Origin: a virus
Lineage: Duplodnaviria; Caudoviricetes
DNA: 64,000 nt
Strand: one strand, 5' to 3'
IMG/VR virus record: IMGVR_UViG_3300036770_008730
Under the pieces are notes generated by a model that saw only the letters and a list, made by a program, of their open reading frames with translations, searched no databases and was not told the origin of the DNA. This document shows, piece after piece, positions 9,270 through 18,869 of the stretch. The position numbers were made by a program, and so were the translations under genes. Positions within the stretch are counted from its first letter, which is position 1; every line of letters begins with the position of its first letter.

Positions 9270-10427
9270 ATGAAAAATATAGAAATTTTTGAAGGTAATT
9301 TTACAGTTGAACAAGTAAATTCAAATCCAGGTAAAATATTTGTAGTTAGTGATAATCTAATGAAAGCTGGTGTAAATCCATTTAGAGATCTTCCAAATGT
9401 GATTACATTAAAAATAAAAAAAGGATCTAGTAATAAGCCAGCCGCTTACTATTCTAGTTCCGAATGTGATTTATTTAGTAAAAATTTACTCACAGAGATT
9501 GTTAAAATAAAAATAAATTTATTACAAGATAAAAAGATAGTTTTCTCAAATGCTGGATATGGCAATGTTGAAAAAATTGATGTTTTTGGTCCTAAGATAA
9601 AAGAATTATTGAATCAATCTCTAAAGTCTAATTTTAATTTTGATAACAATGTTGGTAAAAAGTTTGTAAAAATACCATCTTATAGTGATATACAATTAGC
9701 TATTCCACTTCAATTAGACACTTTGGTTTATAACACACTCAGTTCACCACAGATTATACAGGCAATTTTACTTCAAAAAAAGTTAGCTTTTACTATAAAT
9801 AGTCAAGTTGAAGTTAATACACTAATAAAATTAATTTCTTCTAAATCTAAAGATGTTATTGTTTGTAGAGTTACTAATTGTCACTCTTGTGTAGATATAA
9901 CTCCTGAGAATTGGTCATTGTTAGAACTTAGTGATGTTAGAAATTATGATCCTAATAAATTTCAAATATTTACTGAATTTATTTGTTCAGTGAACCCATC
10001 AGGTCTTATGAATTTTAATAGTGAAATATTTGGAAATCAGAAAAAAATTCAACAAAAGACTGATGTGAAAGACCAACCTGTTCAATCCACATCTACTAAT
10101 GAAATTAATATCCCCGAAAATAAAACCGATATGGAAATTCAACCATCAAATAGTCAAATTATAGAACTTTTACAGTCTATTGAATCTAAGCTTGATTTAC
10201 TTATTGAGAAAAAAAGCTCGAAAAAGCTCAACCTATTTAACATAAAGAACTTTTTTCAAAAAAAGACACTTAATGAAATTTTATTTGATGAAAATATTTC
10301 TGGAGAAGTAAAAGATATTGGTGATGGAACATATGAAATTGTAACTGATGACAAAATACTATTTGTTAAATTAAACAAAGGTTTATTCAAAAATTCTATA
10401 AAAGTAGTTTTAACAAAGTCAAAATAG
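9270..10427 (+). CDS. Hypothetical multidomain protein
   Basis: 385-aa ORF continuing the operon. Confidence 0.65.
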   Translation: MKNIEIFEGNFTVEQVNSNPGKIFVVSDNLMKAGVNPFRDLPNVITLKIKKGSSNKPAAYYSSSECDLFSKNLLTEIVKIKINLLQDKKIVFSNAGYGNVEKIDVFGPKIKELLNQSLKSNFNFDNNVGKKFVKIPSYSDIQLAIPLQLDTLVYNTLSSPQIIQAILLQKKLAFTINSQVEVNTLIKLISSKSKDVIVCRVTNCHSCVDITPENWSLLELSDVRNYDPNKFQIFTEFICSVNPSGLMNFNSEIFGNQKKIQQKTDVKDQPVQSTSTNEINIPENKTDMEIQPSNSQIIELLQSIESKLDLLIEKKSSKKLNLFNIKNFFQKKTLNEILFDENISGEVKDIGDGTYEIVTDDKILFVKLNKGLFKNSIKVVLTKSK

Positions 10428-10429
10428 AT

Positions 10430-10460
10430 TTTGTAAATCTATAAATTATCCTTATATTTG
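10430..10460 (+). promoter_or_regulatory. Bacteroidota sigma70-type promoter
   Basis: TTTG (10430-10433), 19-nt spacer, TATATTTG (10453-10460). Confidence 0.75.
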
Positions 10461-10514
10461 TATTAATTCAAGGTCCAGTTCCTTTTACGGGACCTCTAAC
10501 GGAATTTACCTATT

Positions 10515-10922
10515 ATGAGTAGAAAACTTAAAAAAATAAAAAAGTGGATTGAAAATAGTGGTTACTTATTCAAACTCGGTAATGTCGACCAGGTATGCTA
10601 CGACAATCTTGAGGTAACCATAAGTTCAAGACAAAAAGATAAAAATAAAATCTTTTCCGCACTTCACGAGTGTGGGCATATTATACTTGCTAATAAAAGA
10701 AATTATTCTAAAATGTATAAGGCTATTGAGAAATCATATTTCGATTCAAGAATAAAGAGGTCGGATTTATTTAAATATCAACATTTAAAAGAAGAAATTG
10801 ATGCTTGGCAAAGAGGATTAAAACTTGCTAAATCATTGAATATAAAAATAGACAAAGATGAATATGATAAATACGCAGCCAAATGTGTAAAAACTTATAT
10901 TCAACTTTACGGAACAAAATAA
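10515..10922 (+). CDS. HExxH zincin (ImmA/IrrE-like) metalloprotease-fold protein
   Basis: ALHECGH plus downstream EEIDAW. Confidence 0.65.
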   Translation: MSRKLKKIKKWIENSGYLFKLGNVDQVCYDNLEVTISSRQKDKNKIFSALHECGHIILANKRNYSKMYKAIEKSYFDSRIKRSDLFKYQHLKEEIDAWQRGLKLAKSLNIKIDKDEYDKYAAKCVKTYIQLYGTK

Positions 10923-10993
10923 GGTCTGGTGGTCGAGCGTTTAGACGGAGGATCGCAAATCCTTTTACGGTGGTTAGAATCCATCCCAGACCT
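10923..10993 (+). tRNA. trnC: tRNA-Cys(GCA), non-canonical; no encoded CCA
   Basis: Acceptor GGTCTGG/CCAGACC, anticodon stem GAGGA/TCCTT with GCA at 10955-10957, T-arm GGTGG-TTAGAAT-CCATC, U73 discriminator. Confidence 0.8.
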
Positions 10994-11007
10994 CTAATAT
11001 AATATTT

Positions 11008-11625
11008 ATGGCTCCTGGTATGCGCGCGATGGCGACTGATAGACTCAGTAAAGAAGAACTAATTTCCGAGAATAGAAATTGGAAGTTAAAAGTTCTTCAT
11101 GGTGAAATTAAATTTGCTTTTGATAAAAAACAAATTGATAAATATATTGATAGGCTTAATTTCATTTATGAAAATTTTCCAAATGAGATAGTTAGTGGCT
11201 CATTAGCCTTAAATCTATTTGGTCTAATTAGTAGACACTCAAATGATATAGATATTCTTATATCTGATAAAAATAAATTCTCAGGATATACTCTATCAAC
11301 TTATGGTGATGAAGAAATTAAAACACCTAATAGATTGGGTTATATTGAATATAAATGGAAATCTAACATTTTTTCTGAGACTCGTCATTATGAAGTTGAC
11401 TTCTTTGAGGATCCAGAGGCTAATTTTATTGAGTTAAAATTTGGAATGCTTAATAATAAAACTTTGAAAATACATAATCCAGTTGATATTGTGGGGTATA
11501 AGTTAAAATTGGCCTTGAGTGGTCAGGGATTTTCATCAACTCGTATTAAACATAATACAGACTTAACTTATATTTTTGGTCAAAATCCTTGGCAACTTGT
11601 GTTGAAAGGAGACTTGATAATTTAA
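11008..11625 (+). CDS. Pol-beta superfamily nucleotidyltransferase-like protein
   Basis: VSGSLAL...NDIDIL (GS/DxD) motif. Confidence 0.6.
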   Translation: MAPGMRAMATDRLSKEELISENRNWKLKVLHGEIKFAFDKKQIDKYIDRLNFIYENFPNEIVSGSLALNLFGLISRHSNDIDILISDKNKFSGYTLSTYGDEEIKTPNRLGYIEYKWKSNIFSETRHYEVDFFEDPEANFIELKFGMLNNKTLKIHNPVDIVGYKLKLALSGQGFSSTRIKHNTDLTYIFGQNPWQLVLKGDLII

Positions 11626-11641
11626 TTTTAATTTCATATAT

Positions 11642-12283
11642 TTGTATATGCCAAAATACGAAAATTACAGATATATCTATCCACCAAGACCTAAAAATGC
11701 CATTCCTGACTCTGAATTAGATTTTTGGGATAATGGTAGTTTAATTGCTCAGCCTAAACTAAACGGATCAAATTGTCTTATCTTCACAAATGGTCAAAGA
11801 TTTGTTGTTATGAATAGACATAGCCAGAGATTAACTAATTTTCAACTTTCTGAAAATGAGATTAAAGATATTTACAGAGGTGATGGTTGGATGATTCTCA
11901 ATGGTGAGTATTTAAATAAAAATAAAAATGATGAAACTGGTCAATCATTTAATCATAAATTTGTGATATTTGATATACTTTGTTATAATGGTGAATATTT
12001 ATTAGGAAAGACATTTTCAGAAAGAGTTGAACTACTTGATAGTTTATTTGGAAAAATTGAATCTGAAAAGAGTTATCTTTATAAGATTACTGAAAATGTA
12101 TATAGAGTGAGATCTTTTGACACAGGATTTAAGCCTTTATATGACACTTTGACACCTATTGATGTTATTGAGGGATTGGTGATGAAGAGAAAAAATGCCA
12201 GATTAGAAGTAGGTGCTACTGAGAATAATAATATAAAAAGCCAATTAAAATGCAGAAAGCCAACAAAAAATTACAAATTTTAA
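11642..12283 (+). CDS. ATP-dependent ligase-type nucleotidyltransferase (adenylation domain only)
   Basis: Motif I PKLNG, motif III LNGEY, IIIa FVIFDIL, IV EGLVMK, V QLKCR; no OB domain. Confidence 0.75.
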   Translation: MYMPKYENYRYIYPPRPKNAIPDSELDFWDNGSLIAQPKLNGSNCLIFTNGQRFVVMNRHSQRLTNFQLSENEIKDIYRGDGWMILNGEYLNKNKNDETGQSFNHKFVIFDILCYNGEYLLGKTFSERVELLDSLFGKIESEKSYLYKITENVYRVRSFDTGFKPLYDTLTPIDVIEGLVMKRKNARLEVGATENNNIKSQLKCRKPTKNYKF

Positions 12284-12285
12284 TT

Positions 12286-12301
12286 TTGGCACAATATTTG
12301 T
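12286..12301 (+). promoter_or_regulatory. Sigma54-like -24/-12 element
   Basis: TTGGCAC-AATAT-TTGT upstream of the UVR-domain gene. Confidence 0.5.
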
Positions 12302-12337
12302 TAATATATAAAAAAATAAAAAAAATAATATAAAACT

Positions 12338-12772
12338 ATGAACAACAGAAATTTTTTCGGAGACTTCGATTCATTCTTTAATGAATTCGATTCATTTTTT
12401 AATCAACCATTCAACATTATGGGTGAGACAAAAACAGAAAAAGGACAAGACTCAAAAGGTGAGTGGGTAAAACAAACTTTTACATCAAAAGATGGTTCTA
12501 TTAGAACTACTACTTTTGTAAGAACCGTAGGTTCAAATAAAACAAAAAGCGCATCTTCAGTAAAGATTGGTGATCTGAAATCAGAATTAGAAGCTTGTGT
12601 AGAAAAACAAGAATTTGAAAAAGCGGCTGAGCTTCGTGACCTAATTAAGTCAATTGAAAACAACAAACAAAAAATTGATGATTTAAATAGTGAATTAGAA
12701 GTTGCTGTAAAAAATCAAAACTTTGAAAAGGCAATTGAACTTAGAGATAAGATTAAAAAATTGCAAAAATAA
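12338..12772 (+). CDS. UvrB/UvrC (UVR) coiled-coil domain protein, two repeats
   Basis: LEACVEKQEFEKAAELRD and LEVAVKNQNFEKAIELRD. Confidence 0.85.
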   Translation: MNNRNFFGDFDSFFNEFDSFFNQPFNIMGETKTEKGQDSKGEWVKQTFTSKDGSIRTTTFVRTVGSNKTKSASSVKIGDLKSELEACVEKQEFEKAAELRDLIKSIENNKQKIDDLNSELEVAVKNQNFEKAIELRDKIKKLQK

Positions 12773-12793
12773 ATCTAATCAAATATTTTTTAT

Positions 12794-12819
12794 AACCCAC
12801 TTAAAGAGTGGGTTTTTTT
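12794..12819 (+). terminator. Intrinsic terminator
   Basis: AACCCACT/AGTGGGTT hairpin followed by a T-tract. Confidence 0.8.
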
Positions 12820-12854
12820 ATTTAATATATAAGATAAATCCTTAATATCAGAAG

Positions 12855-13424
12855 ATGGAAAAGTTTAGCAAGTTAAAACCAAAAGATGGTTTGAATATTG
12901 ATAGTAAAGACAAAGTAGTTTTTGACAGTGACCATTTTAAAATAGTTGATTTTGAGGATTGGCAAGTATTGAAGGATAGAGATTGTGTTGTTTGCATTCC
13001 ATACTTGATTGAAACAAATCAATTTGTTGTTAGATATGAATATATTCCTACCTTCAAATATGTAGATGGTCAAGAATATCATGTTACTGTTGTTGGTGGT
13101 GGTATTGAACTTGGTGAAACTCCACAGAAAGCAATGCTTAGAGAGTTAGAAGAAGAAGCCGGTATTGTTTTAAGAGAAGATTATAAATTAGAGGATATGA
13201 AACCTCTTTTTATCAGTAAGTCACACGCTAATAAGTATTATCCTTTTATTATTCCTCTTAATGATAGAGACTATCATGAGGTGATTGCGACTGGTGATGG
13301 TTCCGAAATTGAAAAGATTAGTAAATCAGTAAAAGTAGATATAAAGTATTTAAGTAATTTGAATCCTTCTGATTTAATCACTGATTATATGTTAATGAAA
13401 CTAAAAGAATACTTGAACATTTAA
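12855..13424 (+). CDS. Nudix hydrolase
   Basis: GGGIELGETPQKAMLRELEEEAG. Confidence 0.9.
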   Translation: MEKFSKLKPKDGLNIDSKDKVVFDSDHFKIVDFEDWQVLKDRDCVVCIPYLIETNQFVVRYEYIPTFKYVDGQEYHVTVVGGGIELGETPQKAMLRELEEEAGIVLREDYKLEDMKPLFISKSHANKYYPFIIPLNDRDYHEVIATGDGSEIEKISKSVKVDIKYLSNLNPSDLITDYMLMKLKEYLNI

Positions 13425-14809
13425 CGAAGTCCTGTATTGCCTTTTTCTAGATATCTTTTAAGTTCCGAAATTATTTCCTCATTTAGTTGTTTGTTATCAA
13501 CATGTCCATAATCTGAAAAGTATGGATCTAATTCATTTCTAAAGTAAGATTCATCACCCCACTCCACTAATAGAGTTCTTAATGATTTTGAGTTAATAGA
13601 ATCAGCATCAACTGATTCTAACCAATCATTAGTATATGGTAGAATATAATAAGTCATTTCTACTTTATATTCTTTCTTTTCCTTTTCACCTTCTTTATTT
13701 GTTATGAAGTAGTGTTTAGTTATTTCTTTTGTTGTCTTTTCAAAAGAACCAATATCATTACTAACTACTCTATCAAATGCTTGTACAATGTCTTTGTAGT
13801 TTTGATAAGCGTGTGCATCACACTCTGCTTGAGCAACTGCTGAAGTAACATCTCTCCAAACATCAGAGTCATTAAATTCTGTTTTAATCCATTTTTTTAA
13901 CAATTCATTGAATCTTTCATTTACAAAAAACTCAACAAGTTCTTCTTCTGTTTGAAAATCTTTTGGAAAACTATTTTTTGCTGATGTAACACTATTTTTT
14001 TCCCATTTTTTTACTTCTTCAAATCCACCAAATTCTTTAATAAGAGATTTTGCTAATAACTCTTTTGTTTCTTTATCAAATACATATGAAAACAAGCTGT
14101 TGATATCTTGCTCATAATCAACAGAGTAATAGTTGTCCCAGAAATCATCAATAGGTCCTTTGACTAATACATCTTTATAGCTTGATTTACTACTTAGTAA
14201 TATATCTGCCATATCTTCTATACTAACGTGTAGAAATACTTTATCACCTCTGAGCTCTGTATTTTCATCGATTTTTATATTGTAGTAATCTATGATGTCT
14301 TTTTCGGTCAGTTTAACTTCTTCTTTTTGTTTCACAAAAAGTGCGATATAATCATCTGCTCCTATATCTGAATCGCCACCTATTGAACTTTCATCAATCC
14401 ACAATCCACCTTTTATTCTAATTCTATCTAGTTCTAATTCACTAGATGAATCGTAAATACCTATGTCAGTGTTTGCCTCAACTGATATATAACTAACTGC
14501 AAATTTTAGGTTTGATGTTACATCTTCGTCCGTTATTTTATCTCCAGAAAATATCTTAATAAAGATGGCTGGTCTTTTATATTCACCTGCTAAAACCTTA
14601 TCAGTGAATACATCTTTACCCACATTAGATCCAAGTTTTGTCGTCATATTTCCTTTTTCAACAAATCCGAATTCAATTTCTAAAAAGTATCCTTCATCAG
14701 TAGATTCTAAAAACAATTCTTCAATGTCTTCTTTTGACATATTCCAAATTGATTTTTTAGATTCCTCAACTGATTCTTTTATGAAGTCGATATACTTTTT
14801 AAGTTTCAT
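13421..14809 (-). CDS. Acidic hypothetical protein with MKLKKYIDFIKE leader
   Basis: Long ORF; leader motif; AATATATA box 8 nt upstream. Confidence 0.65.
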   Translation of the reverse strand: MKLKKYIDFIKESVEESKKSIWNMSKEDIEELFLESTDEGYFLEIEFGFVEKGNMTTKLGSNVGKDVFTDKVLAGEYKRPAIFIKIFSGDKITDEDVTSNLKFAVSYISVEANTDIGIYDSSSELELDRIRIKGGLWIDESSIGGDSDIGADDYIALFVKQKEEVKLTEKDIIDYYNIKIDENTELRGDKVFLHVSIEDMADILLSSKSSYKDVLVKGPIDDFWDNYYSVDYEQDINSLFSYVFDKETKELLAKSLIKEFGGFEEVKKWEKNSVTSAKNSFPKDFQTEEELVEFFVNERFNELLKKWIKTEFNDSDVWRDVTSAVAQAECDAHAYQNYKDIVQAFDRVVSNDIGSFEKTTKEITKHYFITNKEGEKEKKEYKVEMTYYILPYTNDWLESVDADSINSKSLRTLLVEWGDESYFRNELDPYFSDYGHVDNKQLNEEIISELKRYLEKGNTGLR

Positions 14810-14842
14810 TATATAATATATATTAAAAATTATCAATATTAA

Positions 14843-15703
14843 ATGAAGTATTTGAAATTATATGAGGATTTTATGGAAGGTGAATCACTTCCAGGAGTTG
14901 ATATATCTCCGGATGAACAAAAAGAGCTACCGAGACCCTCAAAACAAATACTTTTAGATGGAACTTCAAGTTCTGGTAAAAGTGTAGCTTTAAAGAATTT
15001 AGGATCTGACTGGTGTGTTTTGGCGGCTGATGAGTTTTATGACTTGATTGGTGAAGATTTAGGTAAAGTTAATTTCAATAATAAACAAACTATTAGTGAG
15101 GTTTATCCAGATTGTCCTTATAAATTCTCAGAACCGGGTGGTGATAACTATGAGTTTGCTTGTAGGTGGTATATGGCTCAAGAAGTCAAATTTGGAAAAG
15201 TAAAATCTCTGGGTATGATTTCAAGAAATAAAAATATGGGTAGAAGTGATGAACAGATGAATATAATATATGATGATGTTCAGGGAACAATATTGAATGA
15301 GGTAACAAAAGCCGGACTTGCTAAACCAAAATGGATTTTAGTTCATGCTCCAATCGATCATTTAATCTCAAATATATTAAGCAGACCCGAAGGTGACCGC
15401 AGAGATCCAGAAGGTGTATTTTGTGGAGCTTATTGTTTTAAGTATGAAGCAAAACCTGAAAAAGGAGGAGTTGATCCTGAAAAATCTTGGACTATATCTT
15501 CGGTAAAAGAATTATTTAAAGATCAAAATTGGACCAATCTATTCTTAGATAAAGTCGGAATTAAAGAAGATGGTGTTGAATACTGGATGCATATTAAAAA
15601 TATGCCAGAAGGAACATATGATGTTATAGTAAATACAAGAAATGATGAAGGTGGTCAAAAGACAATTAGTGAAGTGGCTTCGGAAGTTAAAAGACATTTC
15701 TAA
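14843..15703 (+). CDS. P-loop kinase (chloramphenicol-phosphotransferase/NMP-kinase-like) with MKYLKLYE leader
   Basis: ILLDGTSSSGKS Walker A, ADE, YDDV. Confidence 0.6.
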   Translation: MKYLKLYEDFMEGESLPGVDISPDEQKELPRPSKQILLDGTSSSGKSVALKNLGSDWCVLAADEFYDLIGEDLGKVNFNNKQTISEVYPDCPYKFSEPGGDNYEFACRWYMAQEVKFGKVKSLGMISRNKNMGRSDEQMNIIYDDVQGTILNEVTKAGLAKPKWILVHAPIDHLISNILSRPEGDRRDPEGVFCGAYCFKYEAKPEKGGVDPEKSWTISSVKELFKDQNWTNLFLDKVGIKEDGVEYWMHIKNMPEGTYDVIVNTRNDEGGQKTISEVASEVKRHF

Positions 15704-15735
15704 AAAAAAGAGAGACTCAAAGGTCTCTCTTTTTA
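15704..15735. terminator. Bidirectional intrinsic terminator
   Basis: A-tract, AGAGAGAC/GTCTCTCT hairpin, T-tract; between convergent genes. Confidence 0.85.
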
Positions 15736-15764
15736 TTTTATAAGCTGTTCGTCAATTTTAATTT

Positions 15765-16724
15765 TTAGATTTTAGATAATAATTCTGCCTTTTTTGATGA
15801 GAATTCATCATCTGTTAAAATGCCAGCTGAGTGTAACTCACCTAACTTTTTAATTAACTCGATTATTTCACCAGACTCTCTTTTTAAGATATCTTTTGCC
15901 ATAACTTTATTTAGACTTCCTTTTATCTCTTTGATTTCAGCTGGTTTTCTACTTTCAGGAAGTAATTGAATGATAGTAGAAGCGATATAATTCGTCTCAA
16001 AATCCATATCAACTTCTGTAAATTTTTGTGAAGATACACTACCCTTTTCTATTCTACCAGTTTCGATTGATGCTGAATTAGTTGTAATAGTTCCAGTTGT
16101 GTTATTAAAAATATCCCCATTGGTTGTTGTATATGTTCCAATTGAACCTTTAAGATCTGAGTAATTTACATTGGTTGTTGTAACGATACCACCAGTATTA
16201 GTTAAATTATATGATGATGGATTACTACACCACACAGTGAATGGTTGATAAGCTGGATAAGATGGGTAGTATACCGGATACCATCTTTCAACTATTACTC
16301 TATCAAATCTTTTTTTCCAATCTTTAATAGAGACAACATCTTCTTTATAGAAAAATACTTCTAATAATCCATTATCTGATGTTGCTTCTAAAGAAACTTC
16401 GGTGTTTTCAATTTCATATGTTTTAAATATGAATTTCTTTTTATCATCAATAAAACAATCAAGATAGATTCTTTGACCTGGTTTTATCACAAGTCCTGTT
16501 TTAGAAATTGATTGACCATTTAATTTGATATCTGCTAATACAGAAACTTTAAGAGGATTGAATAATTCTATTTCGAATTCTTCATCATTTTGTAGATAGA
16601 CTTTTCCGGATGTAGATTCAGAACGATGTCCTTCTGAACTTTTTATTGATTTTCTTCCTTTGTCTTTAGGATTTACGATCCAAGCACCTGGGCTTGAACT
16701 AGTTTGTGCAATTGTTTTTGCCAT
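15765..16724 (-). CDS. Hypothetical protein with C-terminal SHOCT domain
   Basis: IKKLGELHSAGILTDDEFSSKKAELL at the C-terminus; Thr-rich linker. Confidence 0.7.
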   Translation of the reverse strand: MAKTIAQTSSSPGAWIVNPKDKGRKSIKSSEGHRSESTSGKVYLQNDEEFEIELFNPLKVSVLADIKLNGQSISKTGLVIKPGQRIYLDCFIDDKKKFIFKTYEIENTEVSLEATSDNGLLEVFFYKEDVVSIKDWKKRFDRVIVERWYPVYYPSYPAYQPFTVWCSNPSSYNLTNTGGIVTTTNVNYSDLKGSIGTYTTTNGDIFNNTTGTITTNSASIETGRIEKGSVSSQKFTEVDMDFETNYIASTIIQLLPESRKPAEIKEIKGSLNKVMAKDILKRESGEIIELIKKLGELHSAGILTDDEFSSKKAELLSKI

Positions 16725-16837
16725 AGTTATTCTTTTTATTTTTTTGACCTATATCATTGATTCATTTCTAAATCTCAAAGGCATCCAAATGATACCTGAC
16801 ATAAGTTAGCGAACAGCTAGATTATATATTGAAAATT

Positions 16838-17389
16838 TTAGTTTTGTTTTAATTTAGTTCCACAATTTGGACAAAATGCAAAAGAGTCATTTGGTGTTCC
16901 GCAGTTGAAACAGAATTTTATATTTGAAATAATAAGTGATTCACTCTGTTGATTTTGAGTCACTGCTTCACTTTTATTGTAGCTATTTCTTGATGCAATA
17001 ATTATGTAATTTGTAGTCTTTATTTGTGGACTTCTTAGACCCGATATTTTTATTTCAGGTGTTTCAATTGTTGAATTCCAATTCTCACCCATATATCTAG
17101 TAAAAACATTGGCTTTTTTCAAAGATTCATCTTTATCACCACTAATTAACATGATAACTCTATTACCTCCAACTTTATCCATGTGTTCTTTACATATTTC
17201 AGATAGAACTCTCATAGTTCTAAAAATTTCTATAATTGGTGCGTTTCCGGAAGGTCGTATAAATTCAATAGTCCATAGACCAGATTTATGAGATGATTCT
17301 CTCATTTTTATCATATAAGTCGCTCCGGAATCTGATGTGAATTTGTAGAGACCATCCCAACTTAAACTTCTATCAATACTATAAGCCAT
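16838..17389 (-). CDS. Hypothetical protein with C-terminal double Zn ribbon
   Basis: KFCFNCG...FCPNCGTKL. Confidence 0.7.
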   Translation of the reverse strand: MAYSIDRSLSWDGLYKFTSDSGATYMIKMRESSHKSGLWTIEFIRPSGNAPIIEIFRTMRVLSEICKEHMDKVGGNRVIMLISGDKDESLKKANVFTRYMGENWNSTIETPEIKISGLRSPQIKTTNYIIIASRNSYNKSEAVTQNQQSESLIISNIKFCFNCGTPNDSFAFCPNCGTKLKQN

Positions 17390-17423
17390 ATTCTATATAT
17401 TTAATAAATAAACCTCTCAATTA

Positions 17424-17454
17424 TTTGACAATTCAAAATAATTGCTTATATTTG
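17424..17454 (+). promoter_or_regulatory. Bacteroidota sigma70-type promoter
   Basis: TTTG (17424-17427), 19-nt spacer, TATATTTG (17447-17454). Confidence 0.75.
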
Positions 17455-17473
17455 TATTATAAATTATAATATA

Positions 17474-18661
17474 GTGATTAAAAGCAAAGATTTCATACTC
17501 AATACATTTCTAACTCTTACCTCAGAAACTTATCCTTATGGCACTGAAAGTGTTATCTTTGATAAAATGGTAAAAGAAAATCTATTACCAGAAACTGTTC
17601 AGACCGACCAACATGGAAACTATTTCTTAAAGATTGGAGAATCTCGTACAATTTTCGCATCACATCTTGATACTGTTTGTAAAGAACACACACAGGTTGT
17701 TCACCAATTTGATGGTGATCTTATAAAAACTGATGGTAAAACTACACTTGGTGCTGATGATAAAGCTGGTGTAACTATCATGCTTTGGATGATTAAACAT
17801 AATATACCTGGATTATATTACTTTTTTATAGGCGAGGAAGTTGGTTGTATTGGTAGTGGATTAGCTGCTAAATATGGTGACTTCAAAGGTAAATATGATA
17901 GAATTATTTCGTTTGATAGAAAAGGTACAAATTCGGTTATTACTTATCAATCCTCAAGTCGTTCTTGTTCTGATGATTTTGCAAAACAATTGGCAAAAGA
18001 ATTGAACAAAAGTGGTCTTTCATATAAATTAGATGATACTGGTGTTTATACCGACTCGGCTGAGTTTGTTGATGTTATACCAGAGTGTACTAATCTTTCA
18101 GTAGGTTATTATTCAGAACATACATTTAGAGAAAGTCAAGATATAAAACATTTGACTAAATTGGCAAATTCTTGTCTTTTAGTTGATTGGGAAAATTTAG
18201 TCACAAAAAGAGATATGTCCAAAATGGAATTGAAGAGTATGTATACCAATACTTACTCAACTTATGAAACTTCTGATTGGAGAAATCGTGACCATGATTA
18301 TGGATACTCTTCCGGTTCAAGAAAAAAAAGAAATAGAAGAAGTAAATCTAAAAGTAGATACCATGATGATTGGTATGACCAAAATACCAGTTACAATAGT
18401 TACAACAACAATTGGACTTCTTTTGTTCCAGCTGGTAAATCTTATTATGATGGAGTTGATGGATTAGTAGAAGTAAAAAAATCTGATGAAAAAAACTTCT
18501 CATACTACTCTTATGATTGGATCATGACTAAATTTACCAACAAAGATTTAGATTATGATACTTTAATGACTATTAAAGACCAATACTTAGATATGAATAA
18601 TCCATCTGACAAAGAGTTTTATAAATATTTGTTAGATGTTGCTAGCGAGCAAAGTCTATGA
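17474..18661 (+). CDS. M20/M28-family Zn peptidase
   Basis: SHLDTV, LGADDKAG, GEEVG, FDR, TDS, NLSVGY..EH. Confidence 0.82.
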   Translation: MIKSKDFILNTFLTLTSETYPYGTESVIFDKMVKENLLPETVQTDQHGNYFLKIGESRTIFASHLDTVCKEHTQVVHQFDGDLIKTDGKTTLGADDKAGVTIMLWMIKHNIPGLYYFFIGEEVGCIGSGLAAKYGDFKGKYDRIISFDRKGTNSVITYQSSSRSCSDDFAKQLAKELNKSGLSYKLDDTGVYTDSAEFVDVIPECTNLSVGYYSEHTFRESQDIKHLTKLANSCLLVDWENLVTKRDMSKMELKSMYTNTYSTYETSDWRNRDHDYGYSSGSRKKRNRRSKSKSRYHDDWYDQNTSYNSYNNNWTSFVPAGKSYYDGVDGLVEVKKSDEKNFSYYSYDWIMTKFTNKDLDYDTLMTIKDQYLDMNNPSDKEFYKYLLDVASEQSL

Positions 18662-18854
18662 TGTCTGAAATATTTATATCTTCTTCAGGTGCATTAAAAA
18701 TTTTAGATTGTTCAATATTATGAGATATTTTGTATTTTCTTTTAGAAACTTTTTCAAGTATCTTTACAGGTGTAATCATATCATTATACCAGTATTGAAT
18801 AAGAACAATATCACCTTCTTTATAAAATGATTTATACTCTAATAAAAACTTCAT
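18642..18854 (-). CDS. Small SH3/KOW-like protein with MKFLLEYKSF leader
   Basis: GDIVLIQY...PVKIL...KYKI beta pattern; AATATATA box 6 nt upstream. Confidence 0.5.
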   Translation of the reverse strand: MKFLLEYKSFYKEGDIVLIQYWYNDMITPVKILEKVSKRKYKISHNIEQSKIFNAPEEDINISDIIDFAR

Positions 18855-18869
18855 AAAACTATATATTAA

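Noticed and set aside
9270-10427. N-terminus vaguely like phage macro/ADP-ribose-binding proteins
   Set aside because: The expected Gly-rich motif is absent; similarity is too weak to call by eye.
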